64,000 nucleotides of DNA, from positions 71,920,001-71,984,000 of the forward strand of contig OZ360234.1 of assembly GCA_977017645.1 (NCBI GenBank), given 5' to 3'. Below the pieces are notes generated by a model. It saw only the letters and a list, made by a program, of their open reading frames with translations. It ran no database searches and was not told the origin of the DNA. Origin of the DNA: Torpedo marmorata (taxonomy: Eukaryota). Positions 49,823 to 63,816 of this stretch are shown here, in pieces. Each line of letters begins with the position of its first letter. Positions within the stretch are counted from its first letter, which is position 1. The position numbers and the translations under genes were made by a program.

Positions 49823-50069
49823 TTAAACAACTTCTTGAAAGAGTGGAGGGAGATGGAGAGGCAGAAGCTTCAGCATAGAATTTCAACATTCATGAGAAAT
49901 CAAAGCAGAAGGCACAGCTACCAATAGTGGAAAGAAGAAATCATGGATGTAAAGCGATATCCAGTGAAGGTGCATTCCAAACAAGGAATCATTTTGAGAT
50001 GCAACGCAATGGGAAGGAAGATCATTCAACCTAACATATGTAGAATAATTATGGAAGATTAAGGATTTT

Positions 50070-50307
50070 TAATTTAATTTAGACATACAGCACGGTAACA
50101 GGCCCTTTTGGCCCACGAGCCCATGCCGCCAATTACACTCAATTGACCTACAATCCCGGTACGTTTTGAAAGGTGGGACGAATCCGGAGCACCCGGAGGA
50201 GACCCACTTAGACATGGGGAGAACGTACAAACTCCTTACAAACAGCACCGGATTTGAACATCTGTCGTTGGTGTGTAACAGCGTTACGCGAACTGCTACG
50301 ATAACCG
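50070..50307 (-). mobile_element. V-SINE (HE1-like); further copies at 50764-50987 (+) and 55965-56118 (-)
   Basis: Shared family sequence. Confidence 0.82.
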
Positions 50308-51612
50308 AGTTTTGGCTTTGCTGTCTACATCTTCCATCATGAGGATACTTAGCTCATGCATACAAAGGCTGTTCTATTCCAGGTATTGATCACTCTAAAA
50401 GGAATATGGAGTGTGGTGTAAAATGGGTTGCCCGTTTACCTGTATCCATGTTACCACCATTTGGCAAAAGTTAAAGTGACCTCCTCTTTCTGTGGAGAAC
50501 ATCCTGACATCAGTTTTTCTAACACCTGAAACTGCAGTTTCTGACTTTCAGGCCAAGACATGTTAGGTGAAACATGTGCTCTCTCAGCAGTGGCAAAAGT
50601 TCAAGTTCATCTGACTGAACAGAAACAACAGACAAAACAGCGTTTCTCTGTACCACGGTGTACAAGCTGCAAAAGATGCCAAAGCACCATCTTTGAGAGG
50701 AACGTGAGAATTATCACTGGTATCCAAAGTTCAAAGTTCAAAGTTGAGATTTATTGTCAGAGTGGACGGCACGGTCAGCGTAGCGGTTAGCACAACACGA
50801 TTAGAGCGACAGCGACCTGGGTTTGTATCCGGTGCAGTCTGTAAGGAGTTTATACATTCTCCCCATATCTGTGTGGGTTTCTTCCGGGTACTCCAGTTTC
50901 CTCCCACTTTTCAAAACATATGAGGGTTGCAGGTTAATTGGGGTATTTGGGCAACATGGGTTCGTGGACCGGAAGGGCCTGTTACCGAGGGCCGGAGTGG
51001 GGAAAGAGAAGGTGGAAAAGAGCCAGAGGAATAAGGGAACTCATGGGGAGGGTAGAAAACAAGGGGTGGGAGGTTCATATTAGTTGGAGAAGTCGATGCT
51101 GATGCCGTCTGTTTGAAGAATGCCCAGATGGAATATGTTGTTGTTCTTCTAATTTGCATGTGGCCTCAAATAAAGTCGATCATGGACACACATGTCAGTG
51201 TGGGAATGGGAAATGTCATTAAAATGGCTAGCCACCTGGAGGACCAGAGGACATGAGTTTAAGATGAGTGGGGAGGAAGTTTAAGGGAGATGTGCAGGGC
51301 AAATATTTTTTACACAGAGGGTGGTGGGTGCCTGGAAAAGACTGCCAGGAGTAGTGGTGGAAGCAGATACAATGGGAGCATTTAAGAGGCTTCTGGACAG
51401 ACACCTGAATGTGAAGGGGATGGAGGGACATGTATCAGGTGCAAGCGGCAGAGTTTTAGTTTAATTTGGACATCATGTTTGGCGCAGATGTGTGGGCCGA
51501 AGGGCCTGTTCGTGTGTTGTAGTGTGTATGTATGTACATGTATGAGTGCACATCAGGATGCACTGGTATTGGAACATCATGAGGTTATGAAAGACACCAT
51601 GTAAAAGTGTGT

Positions 51613-51759
51613 NNNNNNNNNNNNNNNNNNNNNNNNNNNNNNNNNNNNNNNNNNNNNNNNNNNNNNNNNNNNNNNNNNNNNNNNNNNNNNNNNNNNNNNN
51701 NNNNNNNNNNNNNNNNNNNNNNNNNNNNNNNNNNNNNNNNNNNNNNNNNNNNNNNNNNN
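51613..51759. other. Assembly gap (N run)
   Basis: Run of n. Confidence 1.
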
Positions 51760-53523
51760 ATGATCAATGTTCTCTGTGGCTTAGAAATTTTAATCAAATT
51801 TGCCCAAGTGAAATTATTTGTTGTCACTGATGCTGATCAGGGATGTAAAATGTTTATAAATTCATTAAAACAATGACATTCCATAGATTCTGACAATTGC
51901 ATGAGAATACAGTTTGGGCAAAATCAACCAAAAATGTTTAAAGGGCAAAAATATCACTTAGGTATGCAAATCTTTCTTGCTCCATCATCAACTGCACACA
52001 CATAGAAATCATGGAAATTGATTCCTAATATTTCAAAATTAACAGTTAATTGAAGATATGGCATGTGAAAGTGTGGTATTTGGCAGTGAGATGTGACTAA
52101 TAACTCCAATCACCATCATTCACAAGGGAATTAATTGCTGTCGTGTTACGTGCTCAATGTGCTAGCACTGAGACACCAGCTGTACATCATGTCGTCATAT
52201 GTTTCCCCTCAACAACAGCAAGGGCATCCGCTTAGAACAGAGATACAGAGGAATTTCTTTAGCCAGAGGATGGTGAATCTGTGGAATTTGTTGCCACAGG
52301 CAGTTGTGGAGGCCAATTCATTGGGTGTAGAGATTGATAGGTTCTTACTTAGCCAGGGCATCAAAGGTTATGGGGATAAGGCTGGGTAGTGGGGCTGAGT
52401 GGGAAAATGCAAAAGTGTGCATTGAATTTGGATCTTCAACACAAGAAACCTTCCCGGCAACTGTGAGAATGAATCCAACACCACCACGTGTTAGTTCCAA
52501 TGTCCTGGTCAGTGTTTATCCCAAGATCAACATTCCTAAAGCAGATAACCTGGTTATTGCCTCAGCACTGTTTCCCGGAGTTAAACAAGAAAATCTGCAG
52601 ATGCTGGAGTTGAGTGCCGTACACAAACGTGCTCGAGAAAGTCAGCAGCACGCAACATCCATAGGAAGTAAAGGATCCCACACGTTTATATATTGCACTG
52701 TTTCACAGAGGTTGCTTTGGGTAAATTGACTATCAAATCACAAACATGATTAAACACTTTCAGGGATGTGAAAGCTACTTTCGAAATGCAAGTCCTTTCC
52801 TTCTTTCTTGTAATAAATGGGACTTTAAAAATGCAGTTTCCTTTCTTCCTTCTTAACACCTCTAACAGAGTAGCAGTGAGTCATTGGTCCCAGATGGCAA
52901 CCAGAAAAATACTAGGGTGAGGACAAACCTAAACTTGAGGAACAAAACATCATACCCCTCCTCGACAGCTTTAAACCCAACACCAATTTTTTCTCATTTT
53001 AGGTAACCCCCACCTCTATCTGATTACACTGCTTCCATCTCTTCTTCACCTATTGCTGTTCTTACTTTTTTCATTCTCCACCAGCTCTTGGCCCCTGTAT
53101 CTACATGATAATAGTCTCGATAAAGGGTCCCGACCCGACACGTTGACTGACCATTGGATTACCTGTGGTCTCCTTCACCATTTCGCTGCTTGTAGGCTTA
53201 TATGAGAGCATTTTGTGATTGATGCTCAGGGCAAAACAACATCAGCTTAGCTGGTTAAAGGGTAAAAATGCCACATGCTAAAGGTCATCCATTTGAGGTG
53301 AGGGGGAGGGGAAAGCTTAAATGAAATGTGTGGGGCATGTTTTTTTACACAGAGAATGGTGGGTGCCTGGAACAGGCTGGCAGGGGAGTGGTGGAGACAG
53401 ATGCAATAGTTGTGTTTAAGAGGCTTCTTGATAGACACATGAATATGCAAAGAATAGAGAGGTATGTATCACGTGCAAGCACCATAGTTTTAGTTTAATT
53501 TGGCCATTATGTTCAGCACAGAT

Positions 53524-53866
53524 ATGTTCTATGTTTAATGTTCTATGTTCAATGTACCATGCTCTGTGCTCAATGTTCCATGTTTTGTATTCAATGTTGT
53601 ATGTTCTCTGTTCAATGTACCATGTTCTATTTCAATGTTCTATGTTCAATGTTTTTCTATGTTCAATGCTCTCTGTTCAGTTCTATGTTCTATGTTCATT
53701 GTACCATGTTCTATGTTCAATATTCTTTATTTTATATTCAATGTTCCTTTTGTGTTCAATATTCCATGTTTTATGTTCAATGTTCCATATTCTTTGTTCA
53801 ATGTTTCATGTTCTAACTTCAATGTTCTATGATCAATTTACTGTGTTCTGTGTTCTATGTTCAATG
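53524..53866. repeat. Degenerate 7-bp repeat (ATGTTCA/ATGTTCT)n at the 3' end of a CR1 fragment (~53270-53523)
   Basis: Visible periodicity; the same TATGTTC motif ends CR1 copies at ~32930 and ~59460. Confidence 0.88.
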
Positions 53867-54164
53867 CCACCTGCTGAAGCCAACAAGCATCAGCTCACGT
53901 ATCTCCTTGATATTGTTGACAAGTCACTCCTCAAGACACCAGAGGGGAATGATAATGGTAAAAGAATTCACATTAAGAATATACATACCCATTTTTAGGA
54001 ACCTACTGTTCCCATGATGTGGATGTGGAGAGGCCATATTTCACAAGGTAAAATTTTAATTGACAGGAGCTTTTCTTGAAATAACCTTAAAATTGCCAAA
54101 ATCATCAACTTAAACCTGAACTACTCTCCTTCCCGGTGAAATACTGAGCAGTGAATGGTAACAA

Positions 54165-54645
54165 GACCACTTGACCATAAGACATAGGAGCGGAAATAGG
54201 TCATTCAGCCTATCGAGTCTGCCCTGCCATTCAATCATGAGCTGATCCATTTTCCCACTCAGCCCCACTACCTGGCCTTATCCCCATAACCTTTGATGCC
54301 CTGGCTAATCAAGAACCTATCAATCTCTACACGCAATGACTTGGCCTCCACAACCGCCTGTGGCAAAAAATTCCACAGATTCACCATCCTCTGGCTAAAG
54401 AAATCCCCCCATATTTCTGTTCTAATTGGATGCCCTTCAATCCTGAAGTTGTGCCCTCTTGTCCTGGACTCTCCACCCATGGGAAACAACCTTTCTATAT
54501 CTACTCTGTCCATTCCTTTCAACATTCAAAATGTTTCAATGAGATCCTCCCTCATTCCCCTAAATTCCAATGAGAATAGGCCAAGAGCCATCAAACGTTC
54601 CTGATATGATAATCCTTTCATTCCTGTAATCATCTTTGTGAATCC
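54165..54645 (-). mobile_element. CR1-like LINE 3' fragment
   Basis: ORF 54268..54525 RTRGHNFRIEG...FFSQRMVNLWNFLPQ. Confidence 0.88.
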
Positions 54646-55145
54646 TGAACATCAATAACAACAACAATATTCTGCATTGTTCTGGTGCCTCAAAGGTAGA
54701 AGTTCATCACAAAATGCTTTCCAGAATGATATCAAACATAACTAACACAAATCCATGGAAGGAGTTGTTGGCAGAAATAGCCAAATGAATGGCAAGAGGG
54801 ATGGATTATAATTGGAAGCCTTAAAGCGGAAGAGTCAGTAAGTTGTTCCTCGATAGCTAAGGCACAACTGTCAAGGGTGGGGTGAAAGGAACAACGACGA
54901 CACAAGTTGAAGAATTCACAGGAATGCAGGATGTGTTGCTTCAATTCCACGAATCAGGAACACAAAATGGAAAGCAGCCTGTGTGGCGCTCACCAATAAA
55001 CTGCAGTAAATTGAAATTTCAAATGCAAAACACAATCTATTTTCGCTTGCAAAGAACTATTTGAAAGACATTCAATCCAATTAAATGTTCTTAGTGGGAG
55101 GAATGCTCCATTTTCAAATGCAAATACTTTTTGTTTCTCTTCATT

Positions 55146-55553
55146 TACCACTTTTACACAGCCGCAGCATAACGGAAAATTCTCGGAAATTTTCCATTCT
55201 GCTGGCTGTGTAAAAATGTCGTGATGGAAATTACAAACTAATTTCCGTCCCGACATTTTTCCTGCAGCAGCCCTAGACATATTTGCGGACTGCCTGCAGT
55301 CTGATCTGAACTGCAGGCGGTCCGCAAAAATGGGTTAATGAATACGACGTTATGGATGACGATGTCGACTTAGTGACGCTGTTCGTCAGACGTAGCTGTA
55401 CGTCAGAATCGACGTCGACCCACGTCCACCCTCTGGAATCACCGCAACGCCGGAGGTCAGTGTAAACCTCCATCCCGTGTGAAAGGCCACTCCGGAGGGT
55501 AAGTATGCATATTGATGACGGGAAAATCCTGTTATCTCTGTGTAAAAATGGTA
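55146..55553. mobile_element. CpG-rich MITE, Harbinger-like termini, possible ATT TSD
   Basis: ATT|TACCACTTTTACACAG ... CTGTGTAAAAATGGTA|ATT. Confidence 0.7.
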
Positions 55554-56899
55554 ATTGACTATACTGAGGACAGAAAATGCCAGACTATCAATCTTTTTTG
55601 TAGTTGCTAACTCTGCAATCACACTTGAAATGGTAGTTATTTTAGAAGTGATAAAATGGGTCATTTGCAATGTGAGGTTATTTGTATTTGTACAAATACT
55701 GTAAATCACTGTTCATTAATTCAGTTAAAAAGAAGGTCAGATTGCTGTGTACAATTTAGAAAGTGTGGCATTGCTGCACTAATTAGAAAATGGTAAGTTG
55801 GAAACATTTTGTAACTGTAATGACATCTTCATCTTCCAGCTCCCAATACTAATAATTTCCCAGTTATCTGAACCTCACACTCAATTCCACCTTTAACAAA
55901 TGTGTGGGTTTTGTATTATGTGTGTAAAATAAACAGAACCAGTGCAAAATGATGGAGTTTTCGACGGTAACAGGCCAATACCAGAGCTCCTGGGGAAAAC
56001 CCATGCAGACACAGGGAGAATGTACAAACTCCTTATAGACAGCGTGGAATTCGAACCCCAGTCCTGATCGCTGGCGCTGTAACAGCATTGCGCTAACCGT
56101 TACGCTAACCGTGCCACCTTTCTGGCACAGATCTTGCTACCCTTGGAGCATGGCTGAGTACTCAGTGTATCTTAATAGGCTTCATACATCTTAGAGTGCC
56201 CTCTCTGTATTGGAGACCACTCTATCCTAAATTCCCCAACATGAAGCACATCTTTTCATCTCCAGCCCCAACTCCTCATAGCCCATATCTAACCAGAACC
56301 CTGAGATCCCCCTGTTCTACTGTGCACATTATGTGTTAGAGGCTGCACTGAGTTTTGCCAACCTTGGCATGATCTTCGCTATTTAACTGAACACATTTTT
56401 GCTTTGCATTTAACATGCACTTAATCCATTTCAATTTTGCCAGCGCAACAGAAAGACACTTCACACCTATGGAAAGTCCTTTTGGCAATTGATTCTAACC
56501 TGAAGGATGGAGTTTCACATTCCTTTACCACACATGCAAACCCAGACACCAGGGTTAGACGACAATGTTCCTTGGCACTAACTCTCCGACTATGCATCAA
56601 ACGATGATGTTGAATGCATTTTGCAAATAAGATCTTCAATTAGTGTCCGGAATGGATTGCCAGTTATAGCAGTGTAAGCAGAAACGACAATAACACTTAG
56701 AGGGGTTCTAGGTGGACAGATGCAGGGAATGGAAAGATATGGATCAGGTGCAGGCAGAAGGGATATTGGTAGGGCGAGATGAATGGGAGGATGGTCACAT
56801 GGAATATAATAATCTGCATTGAGCCACAGAGCCAAATAACCTGTTGTGAATTCCATGAGATTCAGTGCAGTTCCAGCTAAATAATGCACAAATAGGTTG

Positions 56900-57392
56900 A
56901 TCATTGCGTCATCAGCAACTACAATGAGTCGCACTACAGAGAAGAGGTGGATAATCTCGTGATATGGTGCGAGAGTAACAACCTGAGTCTCAACGTTGAC
57001 AAGACGAAGGAGATGATCATGAACTTCAGGAGGACCAGGAACAACCACCCTCCACTACACATCAACAACTCTATAGTGGAGAGAGTGGAGAGCACCAAGT
57101 TCCTTGGAGTTCACTTAACTAGTGACCTATCGTTGACACACAATATCTCCTCACTTGTCAGGAAGGTGCAACAGCAACTGCACTTCCTGAGAAGACTGAA
57201 TCGGGCAAGGCTACCAGCCACCATATGTCAACCTTCTACAGGAGCTCTATTGAGAGCATCCTGGCCGGCTGCATCACTGTGTAGTAGCGTTGCTGCAGAG
57301 AATTGGATTGGAGGAAAATCCACAGAACATAAGAGTGGCAGAGAGGATCACTCCCCCCATTGACGTGATCTACCGGGATCGAAAAGGGCGCG
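56900..57392 (+). mobile_element. Rex1-like LINE fragment
   Basis: ORF 56947..57363 WCESNNLSLNVDKTKEM...KFLGVHLTSDLS. Confidence 0.85.
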
Positions 57393-58994
57393 CTCCACCT
57401 AAAAAATCCATTGCGCAGCCTCGAAGGACATGCCCATGTCTACAATCCTTGCTAACTCTTCATTCGCGAAGCCAAGCCATGAAGAAGAAGATTCAGAGGG
57501 AGAACTATTTTGGAGCAACAATCTGCAGGAGGAACTCGGCGGGTCGAGCAGCATCAGTGGGAGAAAAAGAATGGTCGACTTTTCGGGTTGGAACCCTTCA
57601 TCAAAACTAATTCAGTTGCTGCGCAATGTCAACCGCTCACAGATACTGACTGGTGATTCCAAGGTCCTGAGTCATGGGTTTAGTGAGTCCTGTCTGCAAA
57701 GCTCATGAGTGAGGAGTTGGCCCTGGAGCCCTGGCCAATCTCTGTCCCTCAATTGGCAGGTTATCTGGTGATTCTCAATTGGCAGGTTATCTGGTGATTC
57801 TCTGCAACTTGTTGTGCAGAGAAAGGCTGCAGCAGTTCTTGCATCGCAGAGGTGACATGCTAAAAGTGCATTTAAGATAATTCATTGGCTGCAAAGCATT
57901 TGGAATGACTGGAAAGGGATGGAAGGCCGCTATAAAAGTACAAGACATTCTGTTTTGACTAAACATCTTTGGTACTAGGTGATCTTTTCCTGGGTTGCAT
58001 TGTTGCACCTAAAAACCCTTAAAGTTTTAAACTGAGGCATTTGGGCCTCTTGGCCCAATGAGCAGCCCCCAAGGGGATCAAGGGACTGAGGGATGGGGCG
58101 GAACATGAACCAAGGTACAGAATTGGCCATGATCTCGTTGGATCATTGAGCATGTTTAAGGGGCTGAATGGCCTACTTTAATTCATTTTAACAAGCCGTT
58201 TTACCCCTGCAATGTAACCAAACAGCTAAATCTTATTCAGCCAATAAAGTGCATGGATATCAGTGGAGATGCAGAGGGTAGCCCCCCTCTTGGCCTGGAG
58301 TCAGAACATCAAGTGGGTACAATTGCAATATTCAAAAGACATTTATATGGGTAGATACATAGGAAAGGTTTAGAGGGATATGGGCCAAACATGGTTACTA
58401 GCTTGTGTTGACAATTTGCTCCACATGGACCTGTTGGGCAAAGGGATTGCTTCTGTACTTTACCATCATGACTCTTTTGACTCAAGTCCTATTTCCAGAG
58501 AACTGCATGCAAGATCGGGGCTGAAAATCCCCAATCAACATTGAGGGAGTGCTGCACGGTCACATCTGATGGCTTTTAAAAGGACGCCCTCTCAGGCAGT
58601 TGCAAAATAACTCGTGGTCACTATTTCGAGGAAGATCTGGCTGATATTTAACCTTCAGTCAACATCATTAAAAATGCACATGGAGATTTCCAGAGCTTCC
58701 TGTGTGTAAATTGTTGGGTGCCATTGGTGACCACACTTCAAAGAGTGCTTGGGAAATGCAGGTTTTCCCGAACTTCTGCCAAATAATCAGAAACATATGT
58801 CACTGAACAGACAGCAGTGTGTGTAAGAAACAGAAGGAGTCGGCAATTTATCCCCTCATGTCTGTTCCACAATTCAATAACATCATGTCAGATACTTCCC
58901 CTCAGGGGCACTTTCCTCACTCACCCCATATCCCCTTGATGTCTAAAATTCTCTGACTGCTTTTGTAGTCCAGTGCTAATGATAATCAGTAAAG

Positions 58995-59467
58995 CTTTAC
59001 TAGGATGTTGCCTGGATTGGAGAACATGTCTTATGAAGCAAGGTTGACAGAGCTAAGGCTTTTCTCTTTGGAGCACCGAAGGACGAGAGGTGTCTTAATG
59101 GAGGTGTTTAAGATTATGAGGAGCTTAGATGGGATGGACAGCCAGCACCTTTTTACCGGGGCGATAACAGCAAATACCAGAGGACATATGTTTCAGGTGA
59201 GTGGAAGAAAGTTTAGGGGAGACATCAGAGGTAAGTTTTTAACAGAGCAGGGTGGGTGCCTGGAACACATTGCAGGGAGTGGTGGTTGAGGCTGGTACAA
59301 TAGGGACATTTAAAAGATGCTTAGATAAGCACATGGATGTAAGAAAAATAGACATTTATTGGTGTGAGGGAGGGAAGGATTAGATTGTTCTGGAGTAGGT
59401 TCACATGAGTCGGCACCACATCGTGGGCTGAAGGGTCTGTACTGTGCTGTAGTGTGCCATGTTCTAT
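58995..59467 (+). mobile_element. CR1/HER1-like LINE 3' fragment
   Basis: ORF 59005..59289 MLPGLENMSYEARLTELRLFSLE. Confidence 0.9.
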
Positions 59468-60611
59468 GGATGGGAGATGTGATAGCATCAGCCAGTTGCT
59501 CAGATGTGAAGCAGAGTTTATACTTCTTCCACGAAAAGAAAACATCCACTGAATGAGCTTCAAAGGGTCCTGTAATTATTGTCTGATTAACGAAGGACTG
59601 TTGTGATTAATTTCTTATTGACGTGCGGTAATAGCTGAGAGTCCTGAGGCATGTGGGTCCCACATTCATTATCTTCTGGCATGTTTTGAACAAGATAAGA
59701 GCTGAAGGAAAGATGATGAACTACAGGATCCATGATAAGGACACATGAATGATCACTGAATAGTCATCTAAGATCAGACGCGATTGGATTGAATCATTTA
59801 TTGTCCCATATACCGAGATACAGCTTTGTTTTGTGTGCTATCCAGGTAAGTCAACCCATACTTAAGTACAGCAGGAAGTACAATCATAAAACAGAAGTGT
59901 TGTAGCAAGTCTAGAGTGCGGGTATAGTGTTACATAGACAATTGCATGGTACAGACAAAAGTACAGTTAAACAGTGCAAGGGCTTTATCTTTTACGACTG
60001 AGAGGTCCAATTACGAGTCTGATAACAGTAGGAAAGAAACTGATCTTGAATTTTGCTTGTGGTTTCATGTTCACGTACCTTCTGCCAAGTGTACACAGCC
60101 AAGAGTGAGATTTCCCTGATAGTTGGTGGTGGACTGAGAGCTCAGAGATACTTTCAAATCCCTATGTGTCCAGGTGAATTCAGACTTCGTTCAGGGGGGC
60201 TACCATGACCAGAGTTTGGGTTCAAAAGTTGCTCATGAGTGGCATTTGCTGAAAGGAAAACCGATTCCCTCCACCGACCTGGCCCACAGCTCCCCCATGG
60301 ATGAAAGCCCACTTGGTTAACTGACACCCATCTGGGGGTGGACTATGGACACAGGCTGCATAGAGCCACCCACATCCAGAGAACGTTCAAACATTCTGGT
60401 GGCCATCAACCAGAGATTTCTTGGGGGAAAGCTTGGGAGACGTGTTACATAAGTGCAAGGTACAGGACGGAAACAGGCCCATCACCCCACCAGCTCTGCA
60501 CTGACCTTTAATGGTCCATTGACACCAATGTTTCATTAAACCAATTGTTTTCTTCTCCCTGCATTCTCATCAACACCCACCCCACTCCCCCCCTCCTCCA
60601 GCTGCTGTTGG

Positions 60612-61116
60612 TTTGTGGTACGGTTGCTGCAGAGAAATGAATCGGAGGTCAATCCACAGGACCATAAGAGTGGCAGAGAGGATCACTGGAGTCTCCCTCC
60701 CCCCATCGACATGATCTACCGGGATCGTTGTCTGAAGAGGGCGCGCAAAATCATTGAGGATACTTTCCACCCTCCACACAGCATCTTTCAGCTGCTCCCA
60801 TCGGGAAACATATACAGGAGTATCAGAGACAACACCACCAGACTGAGGAACAGCTTCATCCCACGGACAGTGAGAATGCTGAACCAAAGGAACTACTCAC
60901 ACTAACCATTCGAGACGTTCAAATTTACAAATCAATATGTATTTATTTATTTATTTGTATATATGAATACTTGTCCTGCATATGTATTGTTTGTATGTGT
61001 GTTATGTCTGGTTGTGTGTCTGCATGTTTTGAACTGAGGACCGGAGAACACTGTTTCATTGGGTTGTACTTGTGCAATCAGATGACAATAAACTTGACTT
61101 GATTTGACTTGACTTG
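60612..61116 (+). mobile_element. Rex1-like LINE 3' end with (ACTTG)n tail
   Basis: ORF RCLKRARKIIEDTFHPPHSIFQLLPSG...TTRLRNSFIP; AATAAACTTGACTTGATTTGACTTG. Confidence 0.85.
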
Positions 61117-61335
61117 GAAAGAGGGTCAAGCTTAAACTCTAATTAGGCAAAGGCACCTGTGGGATAGATTGGCCTTCACCCTCTGACTGGTCTACTGCCC
61201 GTGAGCAGGGCAGATGTGGCCTGCTGACTCCAGGGTGCCTTGGGCAGAAGGTCCCTCCAGTTTTCCACAGGGAAAGCTTAGGGGCCCTTCCTGCGCAAGG
61301 CTCCAGTCCTCAGGTGACATGGCTACGGGCAGAGG

Positions 61336-61662
61336 CAATGTTCCCTCTAATTCTTAGTAGTCAGTGTGCGCACTGAATGCTTGTGCAAATGTAAACTTGA
61401 AATTGTTTCAAGATAATTTTGGCACAGCCTATCTCTCATGGCTAATAAAACTGTATTGGCATGTTTTAATATAATCAAGTATGATTGCATTCTACGAAGT
61501 TAACAGAAACAGTTAGCTAAGAGAATATTTTCAATAAGTATAATTATTAAATACTACATTATTTTAGGTAACTAACATTTTGTGCGCACATTAATTTCCT
61601 TTGTGCACTGGTTGCAAGACGTGTGTGCGTGCGCACACGCGCACAGCTTAGAGGGAACAGTG
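61336..61662. mobile_element. hAT (Tip100-like) MITE
   Basis: CAATGTTCCCTCTAA ... TTAGAGGGAACAGTG TIRs; partial TSD GGCAGAGG/GGCAGGGA. Confidence 0.75.
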
Positions 61663-61822
61663 GGCAGGGATTTTGGAGCATGGGGAGAGAAAAGGGGAAG
61701 GGGTCTGAGACGGAGTGTGACCATGCCAAGGAGGGGAGCAGATACTGGGATTTGATGTAGAGAGAGTTGGGGAGTGGGAATCTGAGGGCTGTTCAGAGGG
61801 AGGTGCTGAGACAGAGGGTGCA

Positions 61823-61826
<4 letters not shown>

Positions 61827-61893
<67 letters not shown>
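61827..61893. repeat. (GT)n microsatellite
   Basis: Perfect GT run. Confidence 0.99.
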
Positions 61894-61895
<2 letters not shown>

Positions 61896-62269
61896 TCCTA
61901 CATGTCAGTGAGGGAGCTCCACAATTTGGATCCAATGATGATAAAGAAACAGGGATCTATTTCCAGGTCGGGAAGGGTGGTTGGCGTTCCCTGCCTACAG
62001 CTCTGTCCTTCTCAATGCCGAGGTCATGAATTTAGGAGGTGCCTTTGGAATAGCCTTGCCCAGTAATTACAGTGCCAAACCAGGAGGCCAACCTTGTCTA
62101 GATTTCCAGGCAGATCTCACAGCTGATGTAAAGGAGTGGACCGTTCACCTCCACCATCCTGCTGCTTTTCCCAACAGTGTGGCCAATCCTGAACCTCAGC
62201 TCCATCCATCCTGCCAATCTCTGCCAAATACTGAAGTGTCTCTTCTTCAGAAGCAAGAACTAATCATCC

Positions 62270-62585
62270 TGCAACCAAAGTTCTGGACCATTGATTCAGC
62301 AACAAGTTCAAATCCTAACATTGCAGATGGGAAATTAAGATCAAGCAATTGAATAAATCTGGAATTATATAACTGGCCACAATAGTATAGATGAAACTAT
62401 TGGATTGTTGTAAAAATTCATGTGGTTACTTTGTGTCCTTGAGAAAAGGAAACCCACTGTGCTTGTGCAGGCTGGTCTAAGTGTGAGTCTGATCCCAACA
62501 TTTTTATTGCCTCTTAACAATTCTCCATCCAGGGACAATTAAAGATGGATTATTGCCAACAACATTCTTGAATCCCATAAACCAA
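62270..62585 (+). mobile_element. Old SINE remnant, possibly LF-SINE-like
   Basis: B-box-like GTTCAAATCC followed by GATTGTTGTAAAAATTCATGTGGTT...GAAAGGAAA; family assignment from memory only. Confidence 0.45.
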
Positions 62586-62859
62586 CAATTTAAAACAAAA
62601 TTACACAATCATGCAGGGCTGTGAATTCCAATGATTCTGAGTGAACAAACATTTCCTCAACTCATGGACAATAATGCTCATCGAGAGTCACTGATACAAG
62701 TCACATGAAAACCCAGAGACAGGATTATTACTCAGATCTGGTCAGATCAGATACTATATTTATTGTCATGTAATAAAACAGTATAGTAATATTACTGTGT
62801 AATTTATAGAGCTTGTAAAGGACTTCGAGACCCTGTAATGGGGGAACACCTTTATACAA

Positions 62860-63816
62860 GGACTCTCACCATATAGGTCATGCCCTTTTCACACAGCTAC
62901 CATCGGGAAGGAGGTACAGGATCCTGAAGACGAATACCCAATGGTACAAAAACAGTTTCTTCTCCTCTGCCATCAGATTTCTGAATGGTCAATGAACCAT
63001 AGACACGACCTCACTTTCTCTCCTTTTGCATTATTTTATTTATTTTTTTACGTAATTTAAACACCTCCACCATCAGACTCCTCAACAATAAACTCAATCA
63101 GGGACTCATTTACGGACTCTTACTTTTGCACTTTATTGTTAGTTTTTTCCTCTCTGTATTGCAGTCAGTTGTTTACATTTCTTTATTTGTTTACATGTGT
63201 ACATTGTGTGGTAATTCTGCCGCGCCCGCAGGAAAAAGAATCTCAGGGTTGTATGTGATGTCATGTATGTACTCTGACAATAAATCTGAAATCTAGCAAT
63301 TTTGCATCTGTAATGCTGCCACAAAACAACAAATTTTGTAACATAAATTCTGATTCTACAGCGAATGTGATATGGGTTGGTGTTCAATCAACAACAAGCG
63401 CTGATTTGTGGGGCTTTAATACCATATAAAGTTAGTAAAATAATATCTGAATTTCTATGGACAGCAGGACACAGTTTCACAGAACTTCCAATGGCCAATT
63501 GTTCTCAAACCCTTAGAAAATGCTGGAGGCATGTGGACTGAAATTGCAATAGAATCAGAATTTATTGTCATGAACAAGTCATGAAATTCGGTGTTTTGCA
63601 GCAGCATCATAGTGCAAATATTCATAACCATCTTATGACATTACTATATAATTTTTTTTAAAATATATATATATATAAATAATAGTGCACGAAAAGTAAG
63701 GCAGTGTCTTTGGTTCATTGATTATTTAGGAATCTGATGGCAGCAGGGAAGAAGCTGTCCTTGTGCCGTTGAGTGCTTGACTTTAGGCTCCTGCACCTTT
63801 TTCCTGACGGTAGCAG
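62860..63816. mobile_element. Cluster of three Rex1-like 3' fragments (62860-63357 + with 63061-63293 nested; 63550-63816 -)
   Basis: Each matches 3'UTR subfamilies seen at 49500-49755, 13370-13660 and 46890-47140. Confidence 0.78.

Noticed and set aside
53531-53998. Hydrophobic 155-aa ORF resembling a membrane protein
   Set aside because: Translation of a 7-bp simple repeat.
57748-57802. 26-bp perfect tandem duplication (also a 15-bp one at ~49759-49789)
   Set aside because: Ordinary slippage duplication inside decayed repeats.
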